Positions 1 through 13,375 of a DNA stretch of 64,000 nt are shown here, one piece after another. Both the position numbers and the translations under genes were made by a program. The notes under the pieces were generated by a model that saw only the letters and a list, made by a program, of their open reading frames with translations, did not search any database and had not been told where the DNA came from. The stretch's first letter is position 1; each line of letters starts with the position of its first letter. This DNA is from the human T2T-CHM13v2.0 reference genome, Homo sapiens, in assembly GCF_009914755.1 (NCBI RefSeq), contig NC_060937.1. One strand, given 5' to 3'.

Positions 1-661
1 GCAGCCACCCCGTCTGGGAAGTGAGGAGCGTCTCCAGCCGGCAGCCGCCCCGTCCGGGAGGGAGGTGGGGGGCGCCTCTGCCCTGCCGCCCCTTCTGAGA
101 AGTGAGGAGCCCCTCTGCCCGGCCGCCACCCCGTCTGGGAGGTGTACCCAACAGCTCATTGAGAACGGGCCATGATGACAATGGCGGTTTTGTGGAACAG
201 AAAAGGGGGAAATGTGGGGAAAAGATAGAGAAATCAGATTGTTGCTGTGTCTGTGTAGAAAGAAGTAGACATAGGAGGCTCCATTTTGTTCTGTATTAAG
301 AAAAATTCTTCTGCCTTGGGATGCTGTTAATCTATAACCTTACCCCCAACCCCGTGCTCTCTGAAACATGTGCTGTGTCCACTCAGGGTTAAATGGATTA
401 AGGGCGGTGCCAGATGTGCTTTGTTAAACAGATGCTTGAAGGCAGCATGCTCGTTAAGAGTCATCACCACTCCCTAATCTCAAGTACCCAGGGACACAAA
501 CACTGCGGAAGGCCGCAGGGTCCTCTGCCTAGGAAAACCAGACACCTTTGTTCACTTGTTTATCTGCTGACCTTCCCTCCACTATTGTCCTGTGACCCTG
601 CCAAATCCCCCTCTGCGAGAAACACCCAAGAATGATCAATTAAAAAAAAAAAAAAAAAAAA
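1..661 (+). mobile_element. SVA retrotransposon, 3' portion (end of VNTR, SINE-R, poly-A); older subfamily (SVA_B/C-like)
   Basis: GC-rich VNTR units (ccgtctgggaagtgaggagc) at 1-140. HERV-K-derived SINE-R follows (cccaacagctcattgagaacgggccatgatgac...gagaaacacccaagaatgatcaat), then an A20 tail at 642-661. The variants aaatgtggggaaaagatagagaaatcagattgttgctg differ from the SVA_D-F consensus as I recall it. Confidence 0.97.
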
Positions 662-994
662 CAATGAGTTATTAAGTATATGGACTATGGATAGCCCCAT
701 GGGAGATTTTTAAAACTACAATATAGTGAGCTTGTCCAGTCATTCTAGTAGAAAGCTTTTGCTTTCCTGTGCTCAGAAATCAAGGCTTCTGTTTTAAGGA
801 ATTAGTATAGAACTTTGTATTAATATACTTTGCTAAATCCTTGTGACTAACTTGGCTTAGGTCTCTTCTATACCCTCTACCATATCCACATATGCATGAA
901 TAGAAGGCTCTCCAGCTCTCCGGCTGTCCAGCCCTTCATGTTTTTAAATGTCTTAAGACCTCTTGGTTCATAGGTGTTTATGGGATTATAAGAT

Positions 995-1055
995 ACATTC
1001 ATTCATTTAACAAATATTTTATGAATGCCTACTATAAGCCAGGTGCTATTCTTCA
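995..1055 (-). mobile_element. L2 3' end fragment
   Basis: cattcattcatttaacaaatattttatgaatgcctactataagccaggtgct is the reverse complement of the L2 terminus. Confidence 0.7.
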
Positions 1056-2099
1056 TTTTAGGTAAGCACGTCTATATTGACCCAGTTAGTTATCCTGAAA
1101 GCATGGAACAATGTCAAAGGTAAGGAGGACAAACAAGATCTCTGACTCTAAACCTGGCCTTATCCCTTGACACAAGAATGTTAGATTTTAGAGCGCTATC
1201 AGCAGCTAGCGATAAATATAAGTAGAAGCAGAGAACAAGACTACATTCTAAGTGTCACAAGTAGGGCCAATGAAGAAACAAAACAATTACAGTGTTGGGT
1301 AAAAAAAGAAAATCTAAAAAATATCTAAAGATCATGGTATAATGGGAAATTTTTTTTACCATAAAAATTGCAGTGGCCCATTCATTTAAAAGACATAGAA
1401 AGTACATGTATTTTAAAATCATATTATTTTTAAACCACAGCAGGTAGGTCAAGATGAAAAGCCTTGAGCATCTGTAACAATATTTTTCTACGAGATTTAT
1501 GAGTGGAGAGGATAAACTCAGAGAAGTCAAACAGCAAGAACACCTTTAAATTTAAAAAATCCAAAATGCTTCAGTGATTTAACAGCAAATGCAAAAGAGA
1601 AGTGGATTAACTTAGTTTAAAAGGTAAAGTGGAGAAGGGATAATCAGCAACTGACATTGCTGTGATACTGTTTGTTGTTGTTGGGCAGAAACATGAATAG
1701 ATATCTGGAGAGAGTCCCTTTTACCATCAGCATGAGCAGCATATCCTGGAAACACAACCTAACTTTTGGAGACAGAAGGAACCTCATAAATAATTTATTA
1801 CAATGTCCTCATTTTATAAATAAGGAAACTGAAGTTCTAATGAGAAGAAATGTTTTATCCATGTACAAATTCTCAAGGCAATGCCAGGCTGGAGCTTGTA
1901 AATGCAGGTGCTGATGAGCAGAGCAGGAAAAGGATGGAGTTACCATTAAAAGGGCCCCTAAGGTCCATAACTGAGCAGAGACCTTTAAGTAATTAAACTG
2001 AATGTGCAAAGGGCAGTAATTTCACAAAGCAAAGCAGCAGGAAGAGGACATAATTAGTGTAAAAACAGGCAGACCAGATCATTTTTAAGAAAGACATTG

Positions 2100-2414
<315 letters not shown>

Positions 2415-5400
2415 TTAATTCACGCATATTTGAAAATATGGGTTATGATAATATTATAAGATTAATAAGTAATATAAGTAAGATTAGTTGGTGATGGCTT
2501 TAGTTTGCAAATTACTGGCACCATATAGGCAGCAAACTATACAGATACTGCTGCAGTAATGGGCATGCTGAGGCATCTGGAGCTTAAAAGGAGGGGCTAA
2601 AGAAAGCATGTATCTTCCAAGGTATAAGTGAGTGGTTTCTTCAGCTCTGCCCGACTGCTCCTGCATTGAGTGTGGCCCTTTTTAATGACTACATCATCTA
2701 AATATGCCCTGCCACAAACCATTTTCAGGTCTTCTGCAAATCCGTGGTCAATCTGGGAAATCCCCTTCTGAATTACTGCCCAAATCAAAAATCTATTATA
2801 AAAAGACAACTCATTCATCAAGGTCACGTCTGGGCTGCTAGTTTTTTGTGTGAGTGCATGTGAGAGCACTTAAATTTATTAAATCAATAGTTGTAGAATC
2901 TCAAGACGTTGGCCAAAAAAAAAGCATTGGTTGTTCATTTTAAAAAATTATATTATTTTTAAAACCTTAAGAAAAAAAAAGCCCCACCTCAAACTGCAAA
3001 AGCCACAAAGCCTGTTCATTTCTTAAATCAGTGAGTTTTGAGTTTCTGCTTAAAGGGTGCTGGTATTTCCCAAGTCAGTAGCGAAGGGAATTTCTGAGGA
3101 TGAGTTATCATAAAAGTACCTGAACTTAAGTTCTCTAAAGTCTGAATATAGAAACAATTTGTGGGAGTTTACTCTTGAACACAGTGCTGCAGAATTTACA
3201 GAAGAAAAAACATCCTCTAAAGTAAATGTAAAAATGTAAATGGAATTTTCTCTGGGGAGTTTCATAACTGATAATTAAAAGCAGAAAGGCTAGAAAAGGT
3301 GACCTGTCTAGAGAGAGATGCTCAAGGGGTGGAATCATTTCTGAAAGATGGTAGTGCTGGGCTAGTCAGTATTTTGATTCAATATACTGATGCTGAATCA
3401 TATAACCTGCCAGGATCAGGGAGGCATCTGTGACCTGGTATCACCTTGCCAAGGGACTCTTTTGAATGTGCCCCACTTTTCCTGCAACTTGATTCAGTAG
3501 TTAAAGTCAAACCGGACACTCAGGACTCAAGTTCCTAGCTCTGCCTCAATAAATTTCAGTACATTTCCAGAGGGGAAATTATACAACTTCCAAACATCTC
3601 AAGAACAATCAGTAATCCAAAAGAACACATCATCTAGAATAACATTAATATTGTAAGCTTTAGCATTAGACTATGACAACTAAAGAAACGAAAAATAAAA
3701 TATGTAGGACTATGAAGCAAAATAAAATACCCATACATTTTTAAAAAGCCATCAAGATTAATCTATTTAAGGAAAAAACATTGCTTTTACTTAATCCTGT
3801 CCCCTTCATTTTATAAAGTAGACCACTGTAGGAGATCTTACTTTGCGAATATATGGAATTTACTATATATTCTTGGGATATCATATCTCTATGGATACAG
3901 ATATGACTAACTTTTACATAAAGGATGATTCAGAAAATATAATTTTAAAATGACTTTGTTTTTAAGAAACCAAATAATTATAAATGGCCTTAAAAACAGA
4001 TGGCCAGTTAAAGGGACTCTGATGAATCTTTTTGTCAAGTCAGAATCTCCTCCAGATTGTCCTTTTTCTCCCTGCAGATACATGGATTCTCTCAAAGCCT
4101 ACAGAATTCTTCTCTCTGCAGGCTCTGATGTAAATGCCACAGGGTGGAAGGTAGGGGGAAGGCTATTCAGGAGGAGAGACTCAACGGCTCTCCTCTGACA
4201 CTATTATCTCAGGCCACATAAACACTTATGGGAAGCTAGCAATCCAGATTACTCCAAACTTCATCAACCTCATATTGCTCTGGGTACCTCTGGTTTGACC
4301 ACTACACCGAGGGGCTTCTGAAGCTGTGTAGCACATCTTACAGAGCCTGGCTCTGTCGCCAGCTAAGGAGTTCTCATTCCTTCCTTCTCTCCCTTAGTAC
4401 ATTCCTGATACCTCTGTTTTCTACCAAGTTGCCCAGTCCCATTAAGGGTGTGACACAAGAACAAGCCTCCTGCAAGAAAAGGGGATACTCCAGGCTGGGG
4501 CTTGGGGAGGCCTTTCTGTGCCTTAGCATCTCTCTCCTTCCCTGAGCTTTAGACAGTGATGCTCCTGATACTAACATCTTTAAATTCTACAGCTACCCTT
4601 TAGCCCACATTCTACCAGAAGCAATTTAAGATCCAGACTTTCCCCTACTGAAAGCTCAGAGTACCCCAAATGCATCTTTTCAATAAATTGAATATTATGG
4701 GCTAGCTGTTTAACCATGATTGCACTATTACCTTGATATCAAATGCCATTCATTCATTCTTTCACTCCATATATGTGTCTGTATGCAAAGTACTGCCCTG
4801 GCTGCTAGGGGGTTGGTGAGGGGCTTCAGGCATGAAGCCCACAGTTAAATATCAAGTTTCAAATGCAGCACATGGATTACAGCTAATTTACTGTGAAATA
4901 GTTAATGCAATGAAAAGAGTTCTGACGATCAAAAACGAACAAGTGAAAAGGTTAAACACAAGGCTCTGAGGGAAAAATAAAACTAGATAAGTGTAAGAAA
5001 TTAGCACAGAGGCTTATCAAAAAAATAAAAATATAAAATACCTAAAGCAGCCCAGGCAATTAAGATATTGAGACAATTAATATACTTGAACATCTCCAAA
5101 GAAATCAAAATGGAAATAACTGGCAGGAAATAGAAGGAAGTGCCAAGCTTGGCAGTCAGGAGACCTAGGCTGTGTAACTTTAGGCTCCATCTTGCCTCTA
5201 TGGGACTCAGTTTTCTCATTCATAAATTGAGAAGCGGAGTCCGTTCTATGTTAAAAGTTCCAAAATTCTATGCAGTAGCTGACAAGTATACATACAAATT
5301 AGAGCTAGATTAGAAAGTATTGCAAATGAGCTGAGAAATAGCTGCTGGCGCCATCAGCAGCTGTAGCTTTGGCTCGGAGGTGCCTTCTGTGAAATGGAGC

Positions 5401-6451
5401 AAGTGAGGGAGTAGGCAGCTCCCAGCCCAGCCTCGCTCCTGGGGGCTGGGGGGCTGTGTTCCTGCTCTTACCTCAGCAGCACGAAAAGCTCTGTCTAGAT
5501 GCATTCTCCTCACTGGCCCCAGGCAGATGCGCTCTGCTCAGCTGCCTAGCTGCTGGACTGCCCCCGCACAGATCAGGGAAGTTCCCAGAGCAGCACGTGA
5601 GACCTGTTTTATGGGATGTTACCACACACAGCTTAAGACACGTTGATCCAGTTCACTCCTAGTTTCTAGGCAAGACGGTACTCAAACTGTCCCAGAAAGA
5701 GAGTCATCTACTATTTTGTTAAAAATATCCAAATAAGGAAATCCTACAACCTCTCTGGTGTCTCATATCCCTACTTTGTAACCTAAATCTTTTCTGATAC
5801 GATTGAAGGTCTCTCTTGGGCTATTCTCAGAGGAAATAACAGGAGCTGTTCAATTCATAAAGATTCCATCACATGCCTTGGTCTCTTTATATTCTTGTAA
5901 CCTGCTTTTTTAGGGCTTATTCTCCAAATCTTTCATAGTTTTCTTTGCTATCTTCTGGGTCTATGCCAACTTCCTTATAGAATGAATGTAGTAAGAATAG
6001 CAGTCATAGAATGTAGAGGTGGAGGGATCTTAGAGATGATCTATCTGGCCACTCCCCTGTCACAGAGGCATGAAATGACACCCAAGTTAAAGGACATGCC
6101 TAACATCACAGAGCTTATTGGAGGTGTGGCTGGGACCAGAGTCCAGGCCTCCTTATTTCTCTTCTTTCCTCTTTAATAAGTTTTAAACCCTAAGATAGGA
6201 CTCTTCTCTTTAATTAAGACCTTCTTCACATATAGTAAGAACAATCCCCCAAGATTTCAAATGTCTTACGAATATAATTTCATGTATGTTTCTTGTACAT
6301 GAAGGGGAATTTTTCTAGGTATGGCAAAGGCACTGTTCAGGTTTAGGCTGCAATTAACATGTGCCAAATCACATACAAATATTGTGTACACTGGCATCTT
6401 CTAGGTCACGATGATTCTTACCCCCTGCATTTGTCTCTATACATTTATTCT

Positions 6452-6757
6452 ATTTTTTTTCCTTAAAGAGACAGATCTCACTATGTTGCCTAGGCAGGAG
6501 TGCAGTGGCTCTTCACAGGTGTGATCCCACTACTGATCAGCACAGGAGTTTTGACCTGCTCCATTTCTGGTGTGAGCCAGTGCACCCACTCCTCCTTAAA
6601 CAACCTAGTGGTCCCCTGCTCCCATATTGATGCCAAACTTAGTGCTGACACCCAATTGACATGGCACACTACAGCCCAGAACTCCTGGACTCAAGCCACC
6701 CTCCTGCCTCAGCCTCCCAAGTAGCTAGGACTACAGGCGTGCACCACCACACCTTGT
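6452..6757 (-). pseudogene. 7SL (SRP RNA) retropseudogene, RN7SL-P type
   Basis: The reverse complement contains the 7SL S-domain that Alu lacks (gcactaagtttggcatcaatatgg...ggagcaggtcaaaactcctgtgctgatcagtagtgggatcacacctgtgaa). Flanked by a TSD, tacatttattct (6440-6451) / tacattgattct (6760-6771). Confidence 0.93.
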
Positions 6758-7734
6758 TGTACATTGATTCTTGACCTTGCACTAAGGCCCTCCAAATTTC
6801 CTTAGCAACCAAAGAGCAAACCCAATTAAAACAACTCACCACGAGATGAAATGTTCAAAAGACAAGACAGCCAAATTCATAGATCAATAATAAAATGACA
6901 CCCTCAGACTTATCGCAACAATCATCATGGTTTCAGGCATCCTGTTCTGGAGGCTGGGGAGAATCAGTGAGCCCTTCCTCTGAGCTTTGGTCCAGATCTC
7001 TGTAGTGTGGTCCCTGTTTCCATTCATCTCTCCTAGCAGATTAGTGTCTGGCCCATGTGAGGTACTCAGTAAATGAGCTGTGTACATGAACAAAACAATC
7101 CATAACCTAATGGTATACAGGACTTGAAAAGTCCCCTATCACCTTCTTTGAGGAATTTAACAATAATATTCTTGTGTACATACTTAGACAATCCCATCCA
7201 CTGAAAGGTACAGACACCCAAAACAAGGCTACTAAATGCTTCAAATTCACATTAAACCACTTTGCTGGAAAGACAACTTTGGTGAGTTAATTTGGTGTCT
7301 AAAGGGCAGCTGCTGGCCCGAGGTAGTCTGTGAAATGGCACCTGTGCCTGCTGCCTAGCCCTACCTTGCCAGCCGCAAAAGCGATTCTGTCTGAGATTGC
7401 AGATCCTGAGGCTGGGCTTCTTGGCACTGTTGCTGTAAAACCTGCTGGCTGCCGGTAATGCTTGGCAGTGGGTCTCTATCCAACTCTGTAGGGCCTGCTT
7501 GTAAGCTGAGTGCTGCTGAGGTGGGAGGGAAAGGAACCTTGGAGACAGAGCAGTGACTGAATGAGGGGCAAACCCACCTGGGATGCACATATGCGGTGTA
7601 CCAAGGAGCAAGCTGGAAATATAGGTGCTAGCATTTACCTGCATGTAATTTGCGTCTCACTATCTGAACAATGCTATTCATCCCCCAGTAATTCTAAATG
7701 TCTGTCACTAAAAAAATTCATACATTTGTAAATT

Positions 7735-7980
7735 TCTTCCTTCAATAGACATCTGCCAAACACCTACTATATGCCAGGTCCTGTGTTAGATGCTGAGAAC
7801 ACACAGACGTGGCTTTGGCCTGTTGAGTAGGGGAGAGAGACACAGTAACTAGAATACAGCGAAACTTTTTAGATCCACAGGAAGAGGGAAAAAATAGCTC
7901 TCCCCTGGAGAGCCAAAGGCGGCCCCCTAGAGGAAGTGACATTTGACCTAGATTTCAACAGAGCAGTAGGAGATTGCTTA
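7735..7980 (-). mobile_element. L2 fragment
   Basis: ttcaatagacatctgccaaacacctactatatgccagg...gaggaagtgacatttgacctaga resembles the L2 3' region. Confidence 0.65.
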
Positions 7981-8104
7981 AAGATCAGTCTGTTTTTTTC
8001 TTCATTCATCAGAGACTCCATGCTCTCTCTATAGAAAGCCTATCTATTTGGAGTCAGAGAAAGGGCAAATAGCTAAAGAACAAATGAAAAGACCAGTTGG
8101 TCAG

Positions 8105-8290
8105 TAATAATAGCCGTTAACATTAATGAGTGGTTAACTCAGTGCTAAATGTTTTACATGCATTCACATTTAATTCTCACCACAATCCTATAGGGTATTA
8201 CTATGATTCCCACTTTGAGGAAACTGAGGTTTAAATAGCTGGCCCAGGGTCGCACAGCTATAAACTGGAGTGGCCTCCTGCCTTTCCTAT
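8105..8290 (-). mobile_element. MIR
   Basis: atttaattctcaccacaatcctatagggtattactatgattcccactttgaggaaactgaggttt is the MIR core, reverse strand. Confidence 0.8.
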
Positions 8291-8789
8291 CATTTCTGGC
8301 TATGGGATTCCTGTATCTCGAGTTTCCCTGCCATCCTTTGGGGTTGCCCTTGAAGGTCAAAGCTCTGACCTCATGTTAATTAGGGAAACACATATTTCTG
8401 CAAGATTTTACTTAGGACTGGGCCCTTCCTAGGCTCTTTAGGGAAGTTCTAAATGTGTCTTCGGTTTCTCAACATCTTTAAAGGAAGTATTAAGAAGAGC
8501 AAGAACACAACCAGGCTTGATCTTTTCTGCCTGTGTCCCCCCTGCCACTGGTGGAGAAAAGGGTCCTCTTTGCCCGTGGCCTCCACACCTCAGTCATTCA
8601 CTCACATTTAATAAAGCACATACCTTGTCCTAAGTACTAAAGATACCAAGATGAACAGCAGAGAATCCTTGCTCCTGAGGGGCACACAGTCCAGTAAACA
8701 AAATAGTCACGCAAATGCAAGACTACACTAATATGAATATTTTAAAGATATTATTTGCATGGAGCTACAGGAGCACAGAGAATGAAGTG

Positions 8790-9070
8790 CAGCGGACCTA
8801 TGAACAACCCAGGTTTCAATGGCGTGCGTCCAATTATACGCAATTTTCTTCAATACAGTCAGCCCTCATTGTCCTCAGGGTCAGCATCTGCAACCAAATG
8901 TGGATGGAAAATACAAGTATTCGCAGAATGCGAAACTCAGGGCGACCAAGGGCCAACTTTTCGTACATGTGGGTACCACAGGGCTGACTGCAGGACTTGA
9001 GTATGTATGGATTTTAGTACCGAGGGGGTTACTGGAACCAGTGCCCTGTGGATACCATGGAACAACTGTA
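8790..9070 (-). mobile_element. TcMar-Tigger non-autonomous DNA transposon (MER8/MER2B-like)
   Basis: Ends resemble Tigger2-type termini (gacctatgaacaacccaggtttcaa... and ...ctggaaccagtgccctgtggataccatggaacaactg-TA). Internal sequence cagggctgactgcaggacttgagtatg. Confidence 0.8.
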
Positions 9071-9188
9071 TTTAACTCTGCCTGGGAAGGCAAAAGAAGG
9101 TTTTCCAGAGAAGGTGATGTTGCCCACTGAGCTAAGTCTTAGGGAACCAGTAGTTTTCCAAACAGACAAAATAGAAAAGGGCATTTCA

Positions 9189-9524
<336 letters not shown>

Positions 9525-10204
9525 AGAGAAAATAGCTCTACAAAGTGCAAAGCAAAAGCACACACAGGAAGCTGTGGCAGGTTGGGTGTGGCTACAGACA
9601 GGGATGCAGGAGGAGACCTCCAGGATGAGAGGTTGGTGAGGTGGTGTCAGCGTGCTGCTCGTTCTCACTAGCTCTTGTTTCTAGAGGCAAAACCTCGGTG
9701 ATGCAGGCTATACTCCACTCACCACAGGTAATGTGAATACAAACAACAAAATAATTCTGCCCGGAAACCATTTTGGTTTGTTTGTGTGTGCATAGCTTTC
9801 TCCTTATGTCATTATCTCCCATTTAGAAAATACTGCAAAGACAGGAGGGAACTGAACATGTTAGAATGGGGAAATAGGGGCCCTGGAGGGTGAAGTCACT
9901 CCCCAAAGTCTCAAAGTAAGTCAGTGACTGGTCCAAAAAGAGAAGTAAGTGGAACCTCTGGAGTCTTAGTTTGGTCGAAGCAATGCGTGGGAAAAACACA
10001 AGTCAGCTGGCATTTTAAGAACCTAAAGTTTTATTTAAAAAACCTTTGAGATGCACGGTCCGTGAAATGTGCTTTACTTCTTAGATGTGTGGATCTAGGA
10101 TACAGGGATACACCCATGTAAAGGCATTCCAAACAAAAGCTAATGTTCCTCGCTTCCTTTATGAAATTAGGATCATTATATATTGTTTTTAAAATGAATC
10201 AACT

Positions 10205-10420
10205 AGGCAGTGACATGGTATGGTGAAATGCTGAATTTTCTGACTCAACTATTTTTTGCTGTGTGTATTTGAATGTGTTACTTAAATTTTCCGAGCCTCA
10301 GTTTCTTCATCTTTAAAGAAGGGGTGCTAATAATGCAATCACACCATTCATTTCATAGGGCAGCATTAGGATTAGGTGAGACAGAGTGTTTAAAATATAT
10401 ACAACAGTGCCTGGTGACTG
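10205..10420 (+). mobile_element. MIR
   Basis: ttacttaaattttccgagcctcagtttcttcatctttaaa...acagtgcctgg. Confidence 0.75.
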
Positions 10421-11047
10421 AAGGGAGAAAGAGAGGAAGAGAGGAAGGAAAGAAAGAAGGAAAAGGGAAGGAACAGAGGAAGTTAAAAGAAAATGTAAAA
10501 GAACTAGAACTTTTGCAAAATTATCTTGGAGAACAAATCCCAATTTCTAGTATAAACTGTAGGAAATATTGTCAAGTCGCAACTTAAAAGCAAAGATTAG
10601 TTGTGTGTATACTATGTGTTTTGTGTGGGTGTAAATCTAGATCTCACATCCATGCTCTATGTTTTAATGTTCTCAGTCTGGCTTATTTTGGCTTTGGTAC
10701 CACATTTCTTATTCGGAGTCCTTGAAGTCAGGTATTGCAGAACTGGTACATGATACCAACCCAAAGCCAACAGCATTGGTATTAGCTCATCCTGAGTGGT
10801 GAAGGGGCTCCGGGCTTTGCCTTGCCTGAGTACTGACAGTGGAAAGTACCTTCTAACAGTTGAGGAAGTATGGCCAGAGTGGAAAAATGTACAGCAATCT
10901 TAAGAAAAGCCCAACCACATACACTATGAGCCATGAAAAGAAAAGAGATCTCTGGGCATCTGTGATGAGGACCACTGGGCAACATCTCCTCTCTGTCAGA
11001 TGCACCAATGCTCAGAACTGATTCTGTTATCCTGCACTACACTCTAC

Positions 11048-11097
11048 CTCCTCTCCACTCTCTAATTCTCCAGGCATTTTTACCATTGTAGTCTGAG
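11048..11097 (-). other. Candidate 50-nt exon containing a strong-Kozak ATG (MVKMPGELESGEE)
   Basis: Minus strand: acceptor tctcactgtttttcag|CTCAGACTACAATGG...GGAGAGGAG|gtagag. Splice signals only; product not recognised. Confidence 0.25.
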
Positions 11098-11491
11098 CTG
11101 AAAAACAGTGAGACAATGTACAGCAGACATTTGTATACAAGCAATGATAACAGAAACTTCTATTTATTTGTAATAATGTGATCTCATTCTCAATAGGCTT
11201 CTTGGATTTTAGAATCTCTAATGACAAGCTTATTTGCAGAAAAAAACAAAAGGAGAAGTTACAGATAAATTGAGACAGGAAATTTGTATTAATTTGATGG
11301 GCTCTCTTTATCTTCATTTTTTTTTAAAGTTACAGTTTAGTTGGTAAATATTTACCAATACCAACGTACAATGGAATATGTATAACATTTCTTTTATCAA
11401 AATTTTAAGTGCCTAAATAGCCTAATCTAATATCTTCACAGCTATTATTTTAAAGACTTCCCACCATAAAATCCTCAAGCATTTATATTTA

Positions 11492-11896
<405 letters not shown>

Positions 11897-12046
11897 TCAT
11901 TCAATAATCATGGAAACACAAAAAAGTATATAGACATATTATCAGGAAGCAACTAGTGGATCATGTTAGAAGATACAAAACAGTTTAAATAGACATGGAT
12001 TATACTTTTAAGAAACTGCCAACATAAAATGAGAGAGAGGAAAGGT

Positions 12047-12245
12047 GTGAATCTTGACTCTGCCAGTTACTGGTTCTGTGACCCCAGACAAGTCACTTAA
12101 CCCTCCCTGAACCTCAGCTTGGTCATCTGGAATAAGGATATAATTAATAACAACTTTACCTAGCTATGTATGAAAATAAAAGAGTAATTATCTTTCAAGC
12201 GTTTGGCATGATGCCTAGTAAATATTAGGGGCTCAGTAAGTCAGT
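12047..12245 (+). mobile_element. MIR
   Basis: gtgaccccagacaagtcacttaacccctcctgaacctcagcttggtcatctggaat. Confidence 0.8.
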
Positions 12246-13049
12246 GGTGACGCTGGGTGGAGTAGATATGCTCCATATCTACCTAGACGACAACATGGGA
12301 AAATGGAAGGGGAAAATAACCCACATCACACCTAGCGAGTAGATAGCACTTGCCTGATTTTATAGATGAGGAAACTGAACTTCAGAGGCTCCAGAGACTT
12401 GCTCAGCCTCCACATTTACCAAGAGCCCAGAATATAAATCCAAATCTGTCTCTACCTTTGCTCCCCTTTCTTTATACCACATTTGCCTCTTTTGTGCCTG
12501 GGAGCTGCAGACACTCAGCTTTAAAGAACTGGTACTGGAGATATGATACTGGAGGAAGAACTGCGTGCAGTGAACAGTAGGGTGGGTACGGAGGGAGGAG
12601 AAAAACTGTGTGAACATCACCAGGTAGATGAAGTATCACAACTGTCATTCTCAGTGGTCACAGAAAAGAAACAGAATCCATGATATTTTGAGGAACAGTC
12701 CCAACATGAATGACAGCAAGAAAAGGAAAAAATCCAAAGTTTTCCAAGGTGCCTACCATATTCCATATTTTCAAAGGGAAACTTTAAAACTGTTTATAAA
12801 GCATTAGAAACAGTGGGGGAAGTTCAGTTCGCATTTTTAAGATGACAAAAGAGTGCTCAACAGTGCAAAACTACAGGCATGATCTTCTCTTTTTTCCTTA
12901 CTCCCACTTTGCACCTATTACCTAGCTTTCTCTATAAAGAATTTATATCCCACTCTTCTTTGTTCAAGCTGGCCTTTCTGGTGAGGGTGATATGAGCAGA
13001 TGATGTCAAGGAGGTACAAAGGATCTACTTTTTAAATGTTACACCTGAG

Positions 13050-13375
13050 ATTACTAGAGGCTGGGAAGGGTAGGGGGAAGGTGGAGGATAGGAGAGATTT
13101 GTTTAGATACAAAATTATAGCTAGACAGGAGGAATAAGCTCTCATGTTCTATAGCACTATAGGATAACTATAGTTAACAGTACATAGTTTTAAAATGGCT
13201 AGAAGAGAGGCGATTGAATGTTTCCAGCACAAGAAATAAAAAATGTTTGAGATGATGGATATGCTGATTACTCTGATCTCATCACTAGACATTGTATGTA
13301 TTGAAACATTACTAGGTACCCCATAAATACATACCGTTATATGTCAATTTAAAAATAAATAAAAACTGAAAAAAC
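13050..13375 (+). mobile_element. L1MA-type 3' UTR fragment (5'-truncated)
   Basis: ttactagaggctgggaagggtaggggg...gatacaaaattatagctagacaggaggaataag...gagatgatggatatgctgattac...aaaaataaataaaaa. Confidence 0.88.

Noticed and set aside
102-635. ORFs of 65 and 73 aa
   Set aside because: Entirely within the SVA VNTR/SINE-R.
2597-2869. 90-aa ORF with protein-like composition
   Set aside because: No splice frame or homology recognised; non-ATG start.
3950-4198. Peptide RILLSAGSDVNATG resembles an ankyrin-repeat segment (LLxxGADVNA)
   Set aside because: Single partial match with no TPLH motif, no neighbouring repeats and no supporting coding exons; most likely chance.
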